A stretch of 64,000 bases of DNA from Thermoproteota archaeon (GCA_024720975.1 JANJXX010000003.1:68555-132554), one strand, 5' to 3'. Counted from the stretch's first letter, positions 18,708 through 28,566 are shown. The notes: generated by a model not told the origin, from the letters alone. Program-made: numbers and translations.

Positions 18708-19601
18708 CTAATAGGCAGCCAGAATTCCCTCCTTCTTTGCAATTTCGAGATATTTATTGAAAACTTTGAAACCCAGGTAAACGAGCGGAAGGAACGCTAT
18801 AAGAAATACCATGTGAAAGATCATTTTAGGATGAAGGAGGGGTAGTTCATCCATAAGCGTCCTCCTAAAAAGTTCTAATCCATGCGTAAATGGGAGAGAT
18901 AAACTGATGTAATAAAGTGGCGCAATGTTATAGAGCAATGATATTGGATAGAGAACTCCACCTAGAAACTCCATAGCTACTGACAAGAAAAATAACATTG
19001 TCTCAAGCTCCTTATGCTTTATATACATTCCAGCGGCGATTACACCTATTCCGGAATGGACTACTATCGTTAGCAGCAATACAAATATTGCTTGAAACCA
19101 GGCTAGGAGGTTTGTAGATATACCAGCACCCAGGATCATGCCAATGATTATAGCGCCAACAAACCAAAAAGAGGACCAAGAAAAGCCGTACATTATCTGA
19201 CCAACAAGCCATGATTTGAGATTATCAACGTCTGCAACTACGAGGCTTTCAAGTGTTCCCTCTGATATTTCATGCGAGAGTTTGTGAGCTAATCTAGAAA
19301 TTGACGACCATAGATAGCGAGATAGACTTATCCCAAGCACTGCAAATGCTAGGTAGTCTGGAGAATATCCCAAAGAACTCAGAGCTTGTTTAGATATAAG
19401 AAAGCTCACGAAGTAGTATATCAGAACACTAATGGTTATGTCTATTATATCTATGGCGATAGCCATTCTATACTCAAAGAGAATCCTAAGTTGATAGTAT
19501 AGTGAGGCTACTGCTCTGGTAATAAAGGATTCATGCTTCTTTTCCTTAACCTGAAATATGTTTAAGACCTCATCAACCTCACTGACCACATTTAACACCA
19601 T
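18708..19601 (-). CDS. ABC-2 type exporter permease
   Basis: 297-aa multi-TM ORF, paralogous to the downstream permease and located directly after the ATPase gene. Confidence 0.7.
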   Translation of the reverse strand: MVLNVVSEVDEVLNIFQVKEKKHESFITRAVASLYYQLRILFEYRMAIAIDIIDITISVLIYYFVSFLISKQALSSLGYSPDYLAFAVLGISLSRYLWSSISRLAHKLSHEISEGTLESLVVADVDNLKSWLVGQIMYGFSWSSFWFVGAIIIGMILGAGISTNLLAWFQAIFVLLLTIVVHSGIGVIAAGMYIKHKELETMLFFLSVAMEFLGGVLYPISLLYNIAPLYYISLSLPFTHGLELFRRTLMDELPLLHPKMIFHMVFLIAFLPLVYLGFKVFNKYLEIAKKEGILAAY

Positions 19602-19615
19602 AACATCAAATTAGT

Positions 19616-20605
19616 CTAGACTCTCGGTTCCGTGCCTGCAAGTTTTAGAAAGGCTTCCTCCAATGTTGGGAGCATCCTCTGAACGGATTCTATATTGTAT
19701 TCCCGGAGAGTGCTGGTTATCTCCGGGATTGCTGTAAAGTAATCTGTTACCAAAACCCTAATTACTATGTTTCGCTCAGAGACTTCCTTAGATAGAATTC
19801 CATTTACGACCGGAAGTTGTTCGAGCTTTTTTATGATATCTTCGAGGACGCCCTTATCTTCAACTAGTCGTATCTCAACTACCTTCATATTTGCTACTTT
19901 CTCTCTTAGCTCCCTGGGAGTTCCTAAGAATATTATTTTACCACGATTGATCACAGCCATTCTATCGCAAAGCATTTCAACCTCTTGCATGTTATGAGAT
20001 GTAAAAAGTATTGTTTTCTTGGCTCTATCAACAAGTTCCCTAAGGAGCATTCTAACATTCCTTGCACTCTCTACATCAAGACCCAGCGTAGGTTCGTCGA
20101 GTATTAGTATATCAGGATTGTGAATTAGCGCTCTTATTAACATGAGCTTGACGCGCATACCAGTGGAGTAATTCATTACGAGCTTGTGAATATCCTTCTC
20201 GAGTCCAAGGAATTTAATCATTGCATTGATCCTACGCTTAGCAACGTCCTTCGGAACATTTTGCAATCTGGCGAAGAACATCAAGTTGTCATACCCAGAA
20301 AGCCGCCAGTATAAAGCCCTACCGCCCGTTTCTCCCATCATCCAGCCAACTCTTTTTCTCACTTCAACAGGCTCCTTCAGTATTGAAAATCCATCTATCC
20401 ATGCCTCACCTTCATCCGGAATTAACAATGTTACCAACATTTTTGTATAAGTTGTTTTACCAGCTCCATTAGGACCCAACAAACCAAAGAATTCTCCCCG
20501 CTTAATTTTCAATGAGATGTGATCCACAGCAACAACTTCTTTTTTCTTTGACTTAAATATCTTCGTCAAATCTTCTGATACAATCACATAATCCAACACA
20601 AACAC
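19616..20605 (-). CDS. ABC transporter ATP-binding protein (DrrA/ABC-2 exporter type)
   Basis: Walker A GLLGPNGAGKTT, signature-like YSTGMRVKL, Walker B ILILDEPTLGLD, H-loop TSHNM. Confidence 0.85.
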   Translation of the reverse strand: MFVLDYVIVSEDLTKIFKSKKKEVVAVDHISLKIKRGEFFGLLGPNGAGKTTYTKMLVTLLIPDEGEAWIDGFSILKEPVEVRKRVGWMMGETGGRALYWRLSGYDNLMFFARLQNVPKDVAKRRINAMIKFLGLEKDIHKLVMNYSTGMRVKLMLIRALIHNPDILILDEPTLGLDVESARNVRMLLRELVDRAKKTILFTSHNMQEVEMLCDRMAVINRGKIIFLGTPRELREKVANMKVVEIRLVEDKGVLEDIIKKLEQLPVVNGILSKEVSERNIVIRVLVTDYFTAIPEITSTLREYNIESVQRMLPTLEEAFLKLAGTEPRV

Positions 20606-20878
20606 CTAATAAGACCTTATTCTCTCAACAAGTTCTACTATTTTAGCGGATTCTTCCAATTTTCTTTGAAGCGTCAATTTCCCTTCATCTGTCAAAAAAT
20701 AAACACGACGGGCGGGGCCACGATTACTTATCTCCAACTTAGATTTCACAAGACCCTTCTTCTCCAGGCGTCTGAGTACTACATATACAAGAGCTCTTGA
20801 TATATCTTGATCCAGGATCTTTTTAAGAGCATCCGTCAATGCATATCCGTGAAGGGGCTCTTTTGATAGGATTTTCAA
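20606..20878 (-). CDS. PadR-family winged-helix transcriptional regulator (true N-terminus probably upstream of the annotated TTG)
   Basis: EPLHGYALTDALKKIL...SRALVYVVLRRLEKKGLVKS...RRVYFLTDEGK. Its stop abuts the ABC ATPase start (20606/20605). The in-frame upstream extension to 20941 encodes NLKTCIVSLAV, which would be helix 1. Confidence 0.8.
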   Translation of the reverse strand: MKILSKEPLHGYALTDALKKILDQDISRALVYVVLRRLEKKGLVKSKLEISNRGPARRVYFLTDEGKLTLQRKLEESAKIVELVERIRSY

Positions 20879-21083
20879 TACTGCTAGTGAAACTATACAG
20901 GTTTTAAGGTTCTTCCTTTGGTGTTTTTGGCCCCCACCCAGTTATAGTTCACCTAGTAAGCTAGTTAACAAAGTTATCTATGATGAAATTATAAGAAAAT
21001 CTATATATCGGGAGATTGTTAATGACTCTATTATTCTTATTGATTTTTGAATGTTTGCTTAATAGTTAGGTAGTCAAGCACTG

Positions 21084-21746
21084 GTGAAATCATTGAGAGC
21101 TTACGAGGAAGCTGATCCTAGTCGGTTAAGTTATCTGGTAATGCTTACGTTTGATAAATCTGTTGGACAAGATAAGATAGATGAATTCTCTGATTCTCTG
21201 CTTAGGAACTTAGGCGGAAGAAAGAGAATCTATAGTAATTTCTGTATCATATCCAGCAGAGAGCGAATAACATTTATCTGGCCGGCTCAGAGTCAAACAA
21301 ATAATGCTGTTGTAATTTCAAGAGCTAATACTATCCTATACAAAAAGCTCCAGAGGATACTCCTGAAGACATTATTAGGCTTAATTTTCGCTGCCCTAGC
21401 CGTAGCTGGTGTTGTAGCGTACTTGCTATGGACTGAATATTTTGAATGGTCATTGTTTGAACGTGCGTTCAGAGTGGCTACACGCTTAGCTGTGTACACA
21501 TTGAGTGCTTTCATAGCGGCATTAGCGCTAACTGAATTGATATCACTTGATTTAAATCGTAGGTTCATCCATAAACTGGACTGGCTGAGAAATATTATTT
21601 TAAACAACGCAGAGAAAGTGTTTAGTGAAAAAGTTGAGAAAACATCTGACTTACCAGAACCTCTTCGAGGAACTCTTGCTTGCATTAAAGCACAACAACT
21701 ACTAGCATGGGGTCAATTGGTAAGAATTAGGCTACCAGGACTCTAA
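21084..21746 (+). CDS. Hypothetical membrane protein
   Basis: 220-aa ORF (GTG start) with two clear TM helices (LLGLIFAALAVAGVVAYLLW, AVYTLSAFIAALALTELISL). The antisense 130-aa ORF is low complexity. Confidence 0.45.
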   Translation: MKSLRAYEEADPSRLSYLVMLTFDKSVGQDKIDEFSDSLLRNLGGRKRIYSNFCIISSRERITFIWPAQSQTNNAVVISRANTILYKKLQRILLKTLLGLIFAALAVAGVVAYLLWTEYFEWSLFERAFRVATRLAVYTLSAFIAALALTELISLDLNRRFIHKLDWLRNIILNNAEKVFSEKVEKTSDLPEPLRGTLACIKAQQLLAWGQLVRIRLPGL

Positions 21747-21797
21747 AATTTTCAATTTTCAGTTGCTCAAAATTAGATAAACGGAAAATGGAAGAAC

Positions 21798-22403
21798 TTA
21801 AAGTGATTTTAGAAGAACTTCGAGCTGCACCTTTGCCTTATTAATAACATCCATGTAAAGATTATTTCCGTGAGAATCTATCGCGACTATCAGTGGACCA
21901 AAATCCCTGACCTTAAATAACCATACAGCTTCCGGCACTCCTAACTCCTCTAACCAGAAGACGTCCTCTACATCCTCGATTGCCTTGGCTGCAAGCAGAG
22001 CTGCACCTCCAACAAATGCACCATAGAAAGCACCGAATTTTCTCATTGCCTCCGTTGTTCTTTCAAACATTCCTCCCTTACCTATGACTCCTCTTATTCC
22101 TGTCATCTCAATGAACTCTGCTTCCATTATCTCCATCCGTGCAGAGGTTGTTGGCCCAGCTGCTACAACTTGCCATTTATCACCCACTTTTTTGACAACA
22201 GGACCAACATGATATACTAATAGGCCCTGCGGGTCAAATGGTAGTCTTTCACCCTTCTTTAGTAACTCAAGTATCTTCTTATGAGCAGCATCACGTGCTG
22301 CGAATATTTTGCCACTTATGTAAACTATATCTCCGACTTTAAGCTTTCTAACATCTTCCTCACTTAGTGGGGTTTTAAGATGGTACTCGACCATGTTTCT
22401 CAC
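21798..22403 (-). CDS. Class I (Fe-S) fumarate hydratase / tartrate dehydratase family, beta subunit
   Basis: KVGDIVYISGKIFAARDAAHKKI, GPTTSARME, GIRGVIGKGGM. The GTG start at 22403 abuts the alpha-subunit stop at 22404. Confidence 0.85.
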   Translation of the reverse strand: MRNMVEYHLKTPLSEEDVRKLKVGDIVYISGKIFAARDAAHKKILELLKKGERLPFDPQGLLVYHVGPVVKKVGDKWQVVAAGPTTSARMEIMEAEFIEMTGIRGVIGKGGMFERTTEAMRKFGAFYGAFVGGAALLAAKAIEDVEDVFWLEELGVPEAVWLFKVRDFGPLIVAIDSHGNNLYMDVINKAKVQLEVLLKSL

Positions 22404-23273
22404 CTATTGATAGACCCTTATCTCATCACCAGAAACCTCAACAAAAGCTTTCCTTAGAGCCCAACAGCTGAAGCATACGCCAGTTAGGAGGGTTGCAGGG
22501 TGTCTAGACGCCCACTCTATTCTTGCATTAAATATTGTCCACCTACCTCCAAGACCCATAGGCCCTATCCCGAGACTATTTGCCTTATCTACGATTTCGC
22601 GCTCGAGTTTAGCTAACTCCTCATTTTTGCTATTCTCGTCCATCCTCGCTAACAAAGCTTTCTTAGCTAGTTTCATTGCTAGGTCTTCTGTGCCACCTAT
22701 TCCTATTCCAACGAATGTTGGAGGACATGGCATCGAACCGGCATCAAACACAGATCTTATGACAGCTTCAACAACACCTTTCAGACCCTTTGCAGGTGGA
22801 ATTGAATGCAGTTTTGCAACATAGCTTGATCCACCACCTTTAGGTAGCACTGCTATCCTGAGAGTGTTCCCATCTACATGATCCCACGAGATGTCTGGTA
22901 TGCCTTGTCCAACATTATTTCCAGTATTTTTCTCAGTTAACACGTCTATGGCATTGGGTCTTAACGGTATGCTTCTCGTAGCTTCAACTGTCGCATCGAT
23001 AAGAACTTTTTTAATTTTTGAGGCTCTTATAGGGAAATCATCACCAATCTCTACATAATAGCTAAATAGACCAGTATCTTGACAAATTGGTGCCCTCATC
23101 TCACGCGCAATACGCACATTCTCGAGAATCGCCTTTAATTGTGCTTTACCCATTTCTGTTTCAGTTTCATATGCTCTTCTAATCATGTTTTCTACGTCTG
23201 GAGGGAGATTACATTCAGCGAGAGTTATCGCCTCAACAACTTTTTTAAGCAATAAATTGCTCGATATTTCCAA
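22404..23273 (-). CDS. Class I (Fe-S) fumarate hydratase family, alpha subunit
   Basis: PICQDTGLFSYYVEIG, LPKGGGSSY, PCPPTFVGIGIGGT; TTG start at 23273. Confidence 0.85.
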   Translation of the reverse strand: MEISSNLLLKKVVEAITLAECNLPPDVENMIRRAYETETEMGKAQLKAILENVRIAREMRAPICQDTGLFSYYVEIGDDFPIRASKIKKVLIDATVEATRSIPLRPNAIDVLTEKNTGNNVGQGIPDISWDHVDGNTLRIAVLPKGGGSSYVAKLHSIPPAKGLKGVVEAVIRSVFDAGSMPCPPTFVGIGIGGTEDLAMKLAKKALLARMDENSKNEELAKLEREIVDKANSLGIGPMGLGGRWTIFNARIEWASRHPATLLTGVCFSCWALRKAFVEVSGDEIRVYQ

Positions 23274-23408
23274 GATTTTTCACCGGTGGGAGTTTTCAGA
23301 AAAGAGGCATAAAAAATCAGGATATATCACACAGTATATATAGATCTTTCCTTGGCTTTAGAATTACACAGTAAGAATAATAATGATACACTTCGACATT
23401 AAGCTATC

Positions 23409-24305
23409 TCATTTTTCTAGACCCGGATCCCATACCCTAATTGTTCTGTCCTCACCACCACTGACCATCTTTAAGTCGGGGCTCCAGTCAACTGATACTA
23501 CTTTTCCTGTGTGACCGTGCAGTTCTCTTACTAATTTTCCCTCAACATCCCATACTCTTATTACTCCATCATCACAGCCAGCTGCTATGTATAGCCCGTT
23601 TGGAGACCATTTCATAGTCATTATTCCTGCTGGACACCTAAAAGCTTTCACCGGTTTCCAATCTGGATAGCTCCAAATCCTTATTACTCTGCCTTCACAA
23701 GCACTAGCTAGGAGATTGGTTGCAGGATTCCAATGAACTAACTTCACTGCTCCCAAATGACCTGATAGTTTCGATAATATTGATCCTTTCTCAACATACC
23801 ATATAAATAGGTTATTGTCCGCACCACCTGTAGCTATATAAGCTCCTTCCCTCTTCTCCCAATCTACTGCTAAGACTGGGCCTAGGTGTCCTCTCAGTAT
23901 TTGCAAACACTCTCCTTTACCTACGTCCCAGATGTTTATTGCCTTATCAAATGATGCACTAGCTAATCTTTCTGACCTGTGGTCCCAGCTGAGCGCAGTT
24001 ATCTTGTCCGTGTGGCCAACGAGCTCAGCTACATTTCTTTGTAACCTAGTATCATATACAGCTATCCTTAAACCATCCAAGACAAACGCAAACATTGCCG
24101 AATTGGGAGCCCAGCTCGCAAGAGTGACTTCACCCTTAACTCCAATATACCTCCTGGGACGTAACGTGTCTGGATCCCACATAATGAATGCCTTATCTTT
24201 GGCTGAGCTTAGAAATAGCTTGCCGTCAGGAGACCATGCCACAAAGTTTATTTGTTCTTTATGCTCCTCAATAACTGCATGGGAGGGTTTATTCAAATTC
24301 ACCAC
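23409..24305 (-). CDS. Seven-bladed WD40 repeat protein
   Basis: Repeated GH..V..V.WSPDG...AS...D..IR(I/V)WD units (e.g. LVGHTDKITALSWDHRSERLASASFDKAINIWD, LHGHTGKVVSVDWSPDLKMVSGGEDRTIRVWD). Confidence 0.85.
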   Translation of the reverse strand: MVNLNKPSHAVIEEHKEQINFVAWSPDGKLFLSSAKDKAFIMWDPDTLRPRRYIGVKGEVTLASWAPNSAMFAFVLDGLRIAVYDTRLQRNVAELVGHTDKITALSWDHRSERLASASFDKAINIWDVGKGECLQILRGHLGPVLAVDWEKREGAYIATGGADNNLFIWYVEKGSILSKLSGHLGAVKLVHWNPATNLLASACEGRVIRIWSYPDWKPVKAFRCPAGIMTMKWSPNGLYIAAGCDDGVIRVWDVEGKLVRELHGHTGKVVSVDWSPDLKMVSGGEDRTIRVWDPGLEK

Positions 24306-24378
24306 CTAGGCTACTAAATATTGGTCTGAATTTTGGTTAAATAGGTTAGTATATGAAACTCTAGAAAGATTTGTATTC

Positions 24379-26274
24379 ATGACAAACCAAAATGCTGTTC
24401 AAGCGAGAAATTGTAGTGGTGAAAATGACAGCATGAAACCTCACGAACTCTTTCCTTACAGCTTTAGAACTGATCAGAAGAAACTCCTCGAGGATATTTA
24501 TGATTATGCTAAGATGGGAGCAACTATACTACTTCATGCTCCCGCTGGTTATGGAAAAACGATAGTTGTTCTCTCAGCACTACTACCAATAGCGCTTGAG
24601 GAGGATAAGACTATCATCTGGGCTGTTCGCACGGGGAATGAGACTGATCGACCAATCGAAGAGCTTCGTGCCATAATAGAGAAGACCAAATTGCCTATAT
24701 ATGGGATCTCAATACGCGGAAAAAAGGATATGTGTCTTCTAGCAAGGAAAAAGGGAATACTAGACCATGAAGGAGTGACAGTACTTTGCGATAAGATGAG
24801 AAATAAATGTCCATTTTTCTCTGGTCTTAAACTCTTTCGTAGTATTCCAGACAAACCCCTTACATTTACTGAGTTACTGGATTTTGCAGCGACGAAGAAA
24901 GTATGCCCGTATTATTACCAGCTTAGGACGATACCAAATGCAAGACTTGTGTCTGTCAACTATAATTATGTCTTCTCACCTTCTGTAAAATGGGCTTTGA
25001 TGAGTTACGTTGATTTTAAAGACTCAATCCTTGTTGTTGATGAGGCTCATAATTTACAGCACGTCATGGCGAACGTAAATTCTGATAAAATAACGATTGG
25101 AACTGTAGATAGAGCAATAGATGAATTGCGAGGACACGCACCTTCCCATGTGGAGCTTCTCCAAAAGGTTATGAAACTTAGGGAGATTCTTATTAAAGAG
25201 GGGGAAAGCATTCCGACTGAGGATGATGTTTTTGATCCAATTGAACTCATAGAAGGAGCTGACATAAATGAGGATGATTTTGAAACTGCGTGGGAAATTG
25301 TTGATGAAATTTACGCGCGAAAAATTGCTAAAGGCGTTTCACCCAGATCATCCTTGAGACATCTTTTCGATTTCTTAGAGACGGCAATCAAAAATCGGGG
25401 AAAGAGAGGAATAGCATTCATAAAATCCAAGGAAAAAAACCAGTATGCGTTTGAAGTGTGGGACATGCGCGCATCGGAGGTTCTCAAGCGTGTATGGAGG
25501 TTATTTAGTTCGAGGGTATTCATGTCTGGGACTTTAGAACCCCTAGACGAATTCGCAGAAGTCGTAGGAGTTTCTTCGTATAGGAAACTGAAAGGTACTT
25601 TTCCAATACCAAAGGAGAACGTCCTTGCACTGATTTTGGAGGGAGTAACTACGCGTGGAGAAGAACTTCCAGATGATATGGTAGATAGGTACGTTGATTG
25701 TCTTAAGAGAATTCTGCAGGCAGTTAATGTAAACACTGCCATCTTCTTCGCAAGCTATCGAATAATGAACAGAATACTTCCCAAGCTATTAGATAAGCTA
25801 AGTGCGTCTAACAAATATGTAATAATTGAAAGAGAGGAAATGCGAGGAGATGAAGCCAAGAGAGCCCTAAGCTTACTACGAGAGAAAAAGAATGTCGCTC
25901 TTTTTGCTAGTATCTCCGGGAGATTTGCCGAGGGAGTTGATCTACCAGGCGAGACCCTAGATGGTATTATTACTGTGGGAATACCATTCGAGAGACTAAC
26001 AGTAAGGACGATAGTTTACATGGAATATTACAAAGAGCTTTATGGAGATGAAAAGGGTGTATACTATAGTTACGTTTTGCCAGCCCTTCGGAAGGTTGCA
26101 CAGTCAATGGGACGTGCTATTCGTTCGCCGAATGATAGAGCTTTTATCGTCGCAGCAGATGAGCGATTCTCTGAAAGACGGAATTTTGAGCTCCTACCAG
26201 AATTCTTTAGAAAGTACTCTAAAAAAGTAGATATAGATGAAGCATTAGAGCTTCTGACCTCTTTCCTGTCTTAG
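24379..26274 (+). CDS. xpd: XPD/Rad3-family 5'-3' DNA helicase with 4Fe-4S domain
   Basis: Walker A HAPAGYGKT and DEAH box VVDEAHNL. Four-Cys cluster: DMCLLARKK...LCDKMRNKCPFF...KKVCPYYY. C-terminal motifs MSGTL and QSMGRAIRS. The likelier start is the ATG at 24433 (MKPHELFPYSFR). Confidence 0.88.
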   Translation: MTNQNAVQARNCSGENDSMKPHELFPYSFRTDQKKLLEDIYDYAKMGATILLHAPAGYGKTIVVLSALLPIALEEDKTIIWAVRTGNETDRPIEELRAIIEKTKLPIYGISIRGKKDMCLLARKKGILDHEGVTVLCDKMRNKCPFFSGLKLFRSIPDKPLTFTELLDFAATKKVCPYYYQLRTIPNARLVSVNYNYVFSPSVKWALMSYVDFKDSILVVDEAHNLQHVMANVNSDKITIGTVDRAIDELRGHAPSHVELLQKVMKLREILIKEGESIPTEDDVFDPIELIEGADINEDDFETAWEIVDEIYARKIAKGVSPRSSLRHLFDFLETAIKNRGKRGIAFIKSKEKNQYAFEVWDMRASEVLKRVWRLFSSRVFMSGTLEPLDEFAEVVGVSSYRKLKGTFPIPKENVLALILEGVTTRGEELPDDMVDRYVDCLKRILQAVNVNTAIFFASYRIMNRILPKLLDKLSASNKYVIIEREEMRGDEAKRALSLLREKKNVALFASISGRFAEGVDLPGETLDGIITVGIPFERLTVRTIVYMEYYKELYGDEKGVYYSYVLPALRKVAQSMGRAIRSPNDRAFIVAADERFSERRNFELLPEFFRKYSKKVDIDEALELLTSFLS

Positions 26275-26286
26275 AGAGTATCGCCT

Positions 26287-28023
26287 TTAGCCTTGACCCC
26301 AGCGGAATATCTTATCTTTGACAGTCTCTCTTATAAGATCAATTATCCTATCAGGACGACCCCCTTCTAGTATATTAGGTGACTCGTTAACAATCCCTCT
26401 AACTGCAGATATTATCTCATTTGCTAGCGCCTCATCCTTAATTTTCACTACATCTCTACCATCAATAAGCTTTATCCAAGGTGGAGTCACTTTCAGGCAA
26501 AATTTTCCGGCAACAACCTTAACGGCATCTTGTCTAATCTTAACCACAGTTTCTCCCCAAACAAGTTTATATTCTTGAGGACTCGCCACCGCAGTAAGCT
26601 TTCCCCTCCTAACACTAATTCCTCTAGGAGAACTCAATACCGAGGAACTACCCCAAGATACTTTGACTCTATTGCCCCTCACAGATATAAATACCCAGCC
26701 TCTATCAAGATCGCTTATGGCCAATAAAGTTCCTTCGAACGGCTTTTTAATTTCGTCTATCCTCCCCTCTTGGATCTTTATTGGACCAATTCCGACGTAC
26801 TCTCCACTCCTGGTATCTATTACCGTTATTGGTCCGACCTTGACATAATCCATATCCTCATCAGAGTACACCTTTATGAAGGGCAGCTCTACAATTGAAC
26901 GTCCATGCCTAGCAAAATGCTTTCTTAGCACTTCCAGCGCCTCCTTAGCACTGGAGAATAGTTCACCAAAGTATATAACATCTCTCTCTGGCTGCATGCG
27001 AAGACTGCCCAGTATTTGTTCATAGACATTCTCATCGGTAATAATACAAACTCTGTCGGCCTCACCTCTAAAGTTTCTTCCACTAACATCTACATCATAG
27101 GATATCTCTCCAAAGATGAACAATCCTCTAGGAGTCCCATCTATCGTTAGAGGCATCAGATATGAGTTGCTCTGAACTATGAGTTCTATATTACCAGGCA
27201 AAATCAAACTTTGAGTATGCTGGAGACTGTATATGTCGGTTTTTATGTTAATCTTCGCCAATCTTGGCGAAATTCCTTCGAATCTTATCAATGCTATGGC
27301 GACTATTGCTGCGACAAACAATAGCGCTGTCGCCTGCCAAATTTGCGACAGGAAGATGCTCCATGTGGGATTGACTAGTTTTAGCAAACCAAGTATGGAC
27401 GCAATTATACCTACCGCTAACATATACCAGAATGCTGTAATTACTGCACCTCTTATGGCCATTGCCGTGTAACCTAAGGACAAATTTATAGTGAAATTTC
27501 TGGCTACTGCGCTGACGATAAGCAGTAGTAATGACACTATTATTAGTTTGTCGGCGTCACCAAATATTGTTAATAGGCCTGTCATTATGTTCAATTTGAC
27601 TAGAATCCAATAAGCAAAGATTCCAATACACGTAGACCTAATGGCTCTCGCAATTGTCACTAATACACTCTGCGAGACTCCAAGGAATTCATCTTCAAGA
27701 TCTGTAGTTGACACGAAAGCCACTATTGATAACACAATGAATGCATCTTGAAGCCAGACCGGAGCATATACTCCGGTGTTGAGTTTAAACATATCTGCAA
27801 GGATAAGAGCAATGGCTGCCAGCAGGAATAGTGCAGCCGTGCTCTTATTAGCATTAGGATAATAGTTCCTCATTCGTATGATACCTATGCTCAGTAATAC
27901 TGAGGCAATCAATAAAATAACCCAGCTCTCAGCAACATGGCAATATTTGGTTATGTCGTCAAGACAAAGTATTATAGCGACACCCACAGCTACTAAAAGT
28001 GCATCAAGACCTCTACTCATCAT
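26287..28023 (-). CDS. Hypothetical membrane protein: ~8-TM N-terminal half plus ~320-aa beta-rich C-terminal domain
   Basis: 578-aa ORF. Its ATG overlaps the stop of the upstream wHTH gene (ATGA, 28020-28023). No recognisable catalytic motif. Confidence 0.65.
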   Translation of the reverse strand: MMSRGLDALLVAVGVAIILCLDDITKYCHVAESWVILLIASVLLSIGIIRMRNYYPNANKSTAALFLLAAIALILADMFKLNTGVYAPVWLQDAFIVLSIVAFVSTTDLEDEFLGVSQSVLVTIARAIRSTCIGIFAYWILVKLNIMTGLLTIFGDADKLIIVSLLLLIVSAVARNFTINLSLGYTAMAIRGAVITAFWYMLAVGIIASILGLLKLVNPTWSIFLSQIWQATALLFVAAIVAIALIRFEGISPRLAKINIKTDIYSLQHTQSLILPGNIELIVQSNSYLMPLTIDGTPRGLFIFGEISYDVDVSGRNFRGEADRVCIITDENVYEQILGSLRMQPERDVIYFGELFSSAKEALEVLRKHFARHGRSIVELPFIKVYSDEDMDYVKVGPITVIDTRSGEYVGIGPIKIQEGRIDEIKKPFEGTLLAISDLDRGWVFISVRGNRVKVSWGSSSVLSSPRGISVRRGKLTAVASPQEYKLVWGETVVKIRQDAVKVVAGKFCLKVTPPWIKLIDGRDVVKIKDEALANEIISAVRGIVNESPNILEGGRPDRIIDLIRETVKDKIFRWGQG

Positions 28024-28427
28024 TCTTTCTCACCTTGTAAGAATTTTTTATGAACGTCAACAATGAGAGAATATACTTCCTTACCCTTGTCGGAAATTAC
28101 ATACTTTCCTCGTGAACGTTCTTGAAGAACAAGATTAAATCTTTGGAGTTTAGACAAATGATGCTTCAGAGAGGATGGACCAAGTTCGAGTATAGATTCG
28201 AGTTCTGTAAAATATCTATCTCTCTCCCAGAGGAGTTCAAGTATCATTATTCTCTCTGGGCTGCTAAGAACTCCAAAGAACTCTGCCAGTAGCTCTATAT
28301 TCATCTTCATTTCTGGATAACGCATTATTCTCTTCTCTCTTTCTCGCTTAAGCTCTGCAATTTCCTGCTTAAGCCTCTCGATTTCCTGCAATAGCTCTTT
28401 AACCAAACTTGTTGAGTTGTTCGACAA
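28020..28427 (-). CDS. ArsR-type winged-helix regulator with N-terminal coiled coil
   Basis: LVKELLQEIERLKQEIAELKREREK followed by RIMILELLWERDRYFTELESILELGPSSLKHHLSKLQRFNLVLQERSRGKYVISDKG. TTG start is preceded by GGTGAT. Confidence 0.7.
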   Translation of the reverse strand: MSNNSTSLVKELLQEIERLKQEIAELKREREKRIMRYPEMKMNIELLAEFFGVLSSPERIMILELLWERDRYFTELESILELGPSSLKHHLSKLQRFNLVLQERSRGKYVISDKGKEVYSLIVDVHKKFLQGEKE

Positions 28428-28566
28428 TATGTATCACCAATACATATTATTGTAGTATAATTTTATGTATTTAAACTTTATATTTTTGAATAATGCTCAA
28501 CAGAAAAGAAAATAGGACAATCACCGAGCTCTGCATCGCTAGACCATCTAATTCTGTGTTGTAATA

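Noticed and set aside
18698-18742. 35-nt overlap between the two ABC-2 permease ORFs implied by the longest-ORF start at 18742
   Set aside because: The internal ATG at 18697 has an AGGTG motif upstream and gives an N-terminus parallel to the paralog, so the extension (MQRRREFWLPIRCPL) is probably not translated.
20980-21060. C-box-like ATGATGA in the padR upstream spacer as a possible C/D box sRNA
   Set aside because: No CTGA D or D' box at the required spacing and no terminal stem. A similar check of AUGAUAU/AUGAUUU motifs at about 36775-36840 also lacked CUGA boxes.
21293-21685. 130-aa minus-strand ORF antisense to 21084..21746
   Set aside because: Low-complexity Ala/Ser/Asn-rich translation. 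The plus-strand ORF has two clean TM helices and is preferred, though neither is strongly supported.
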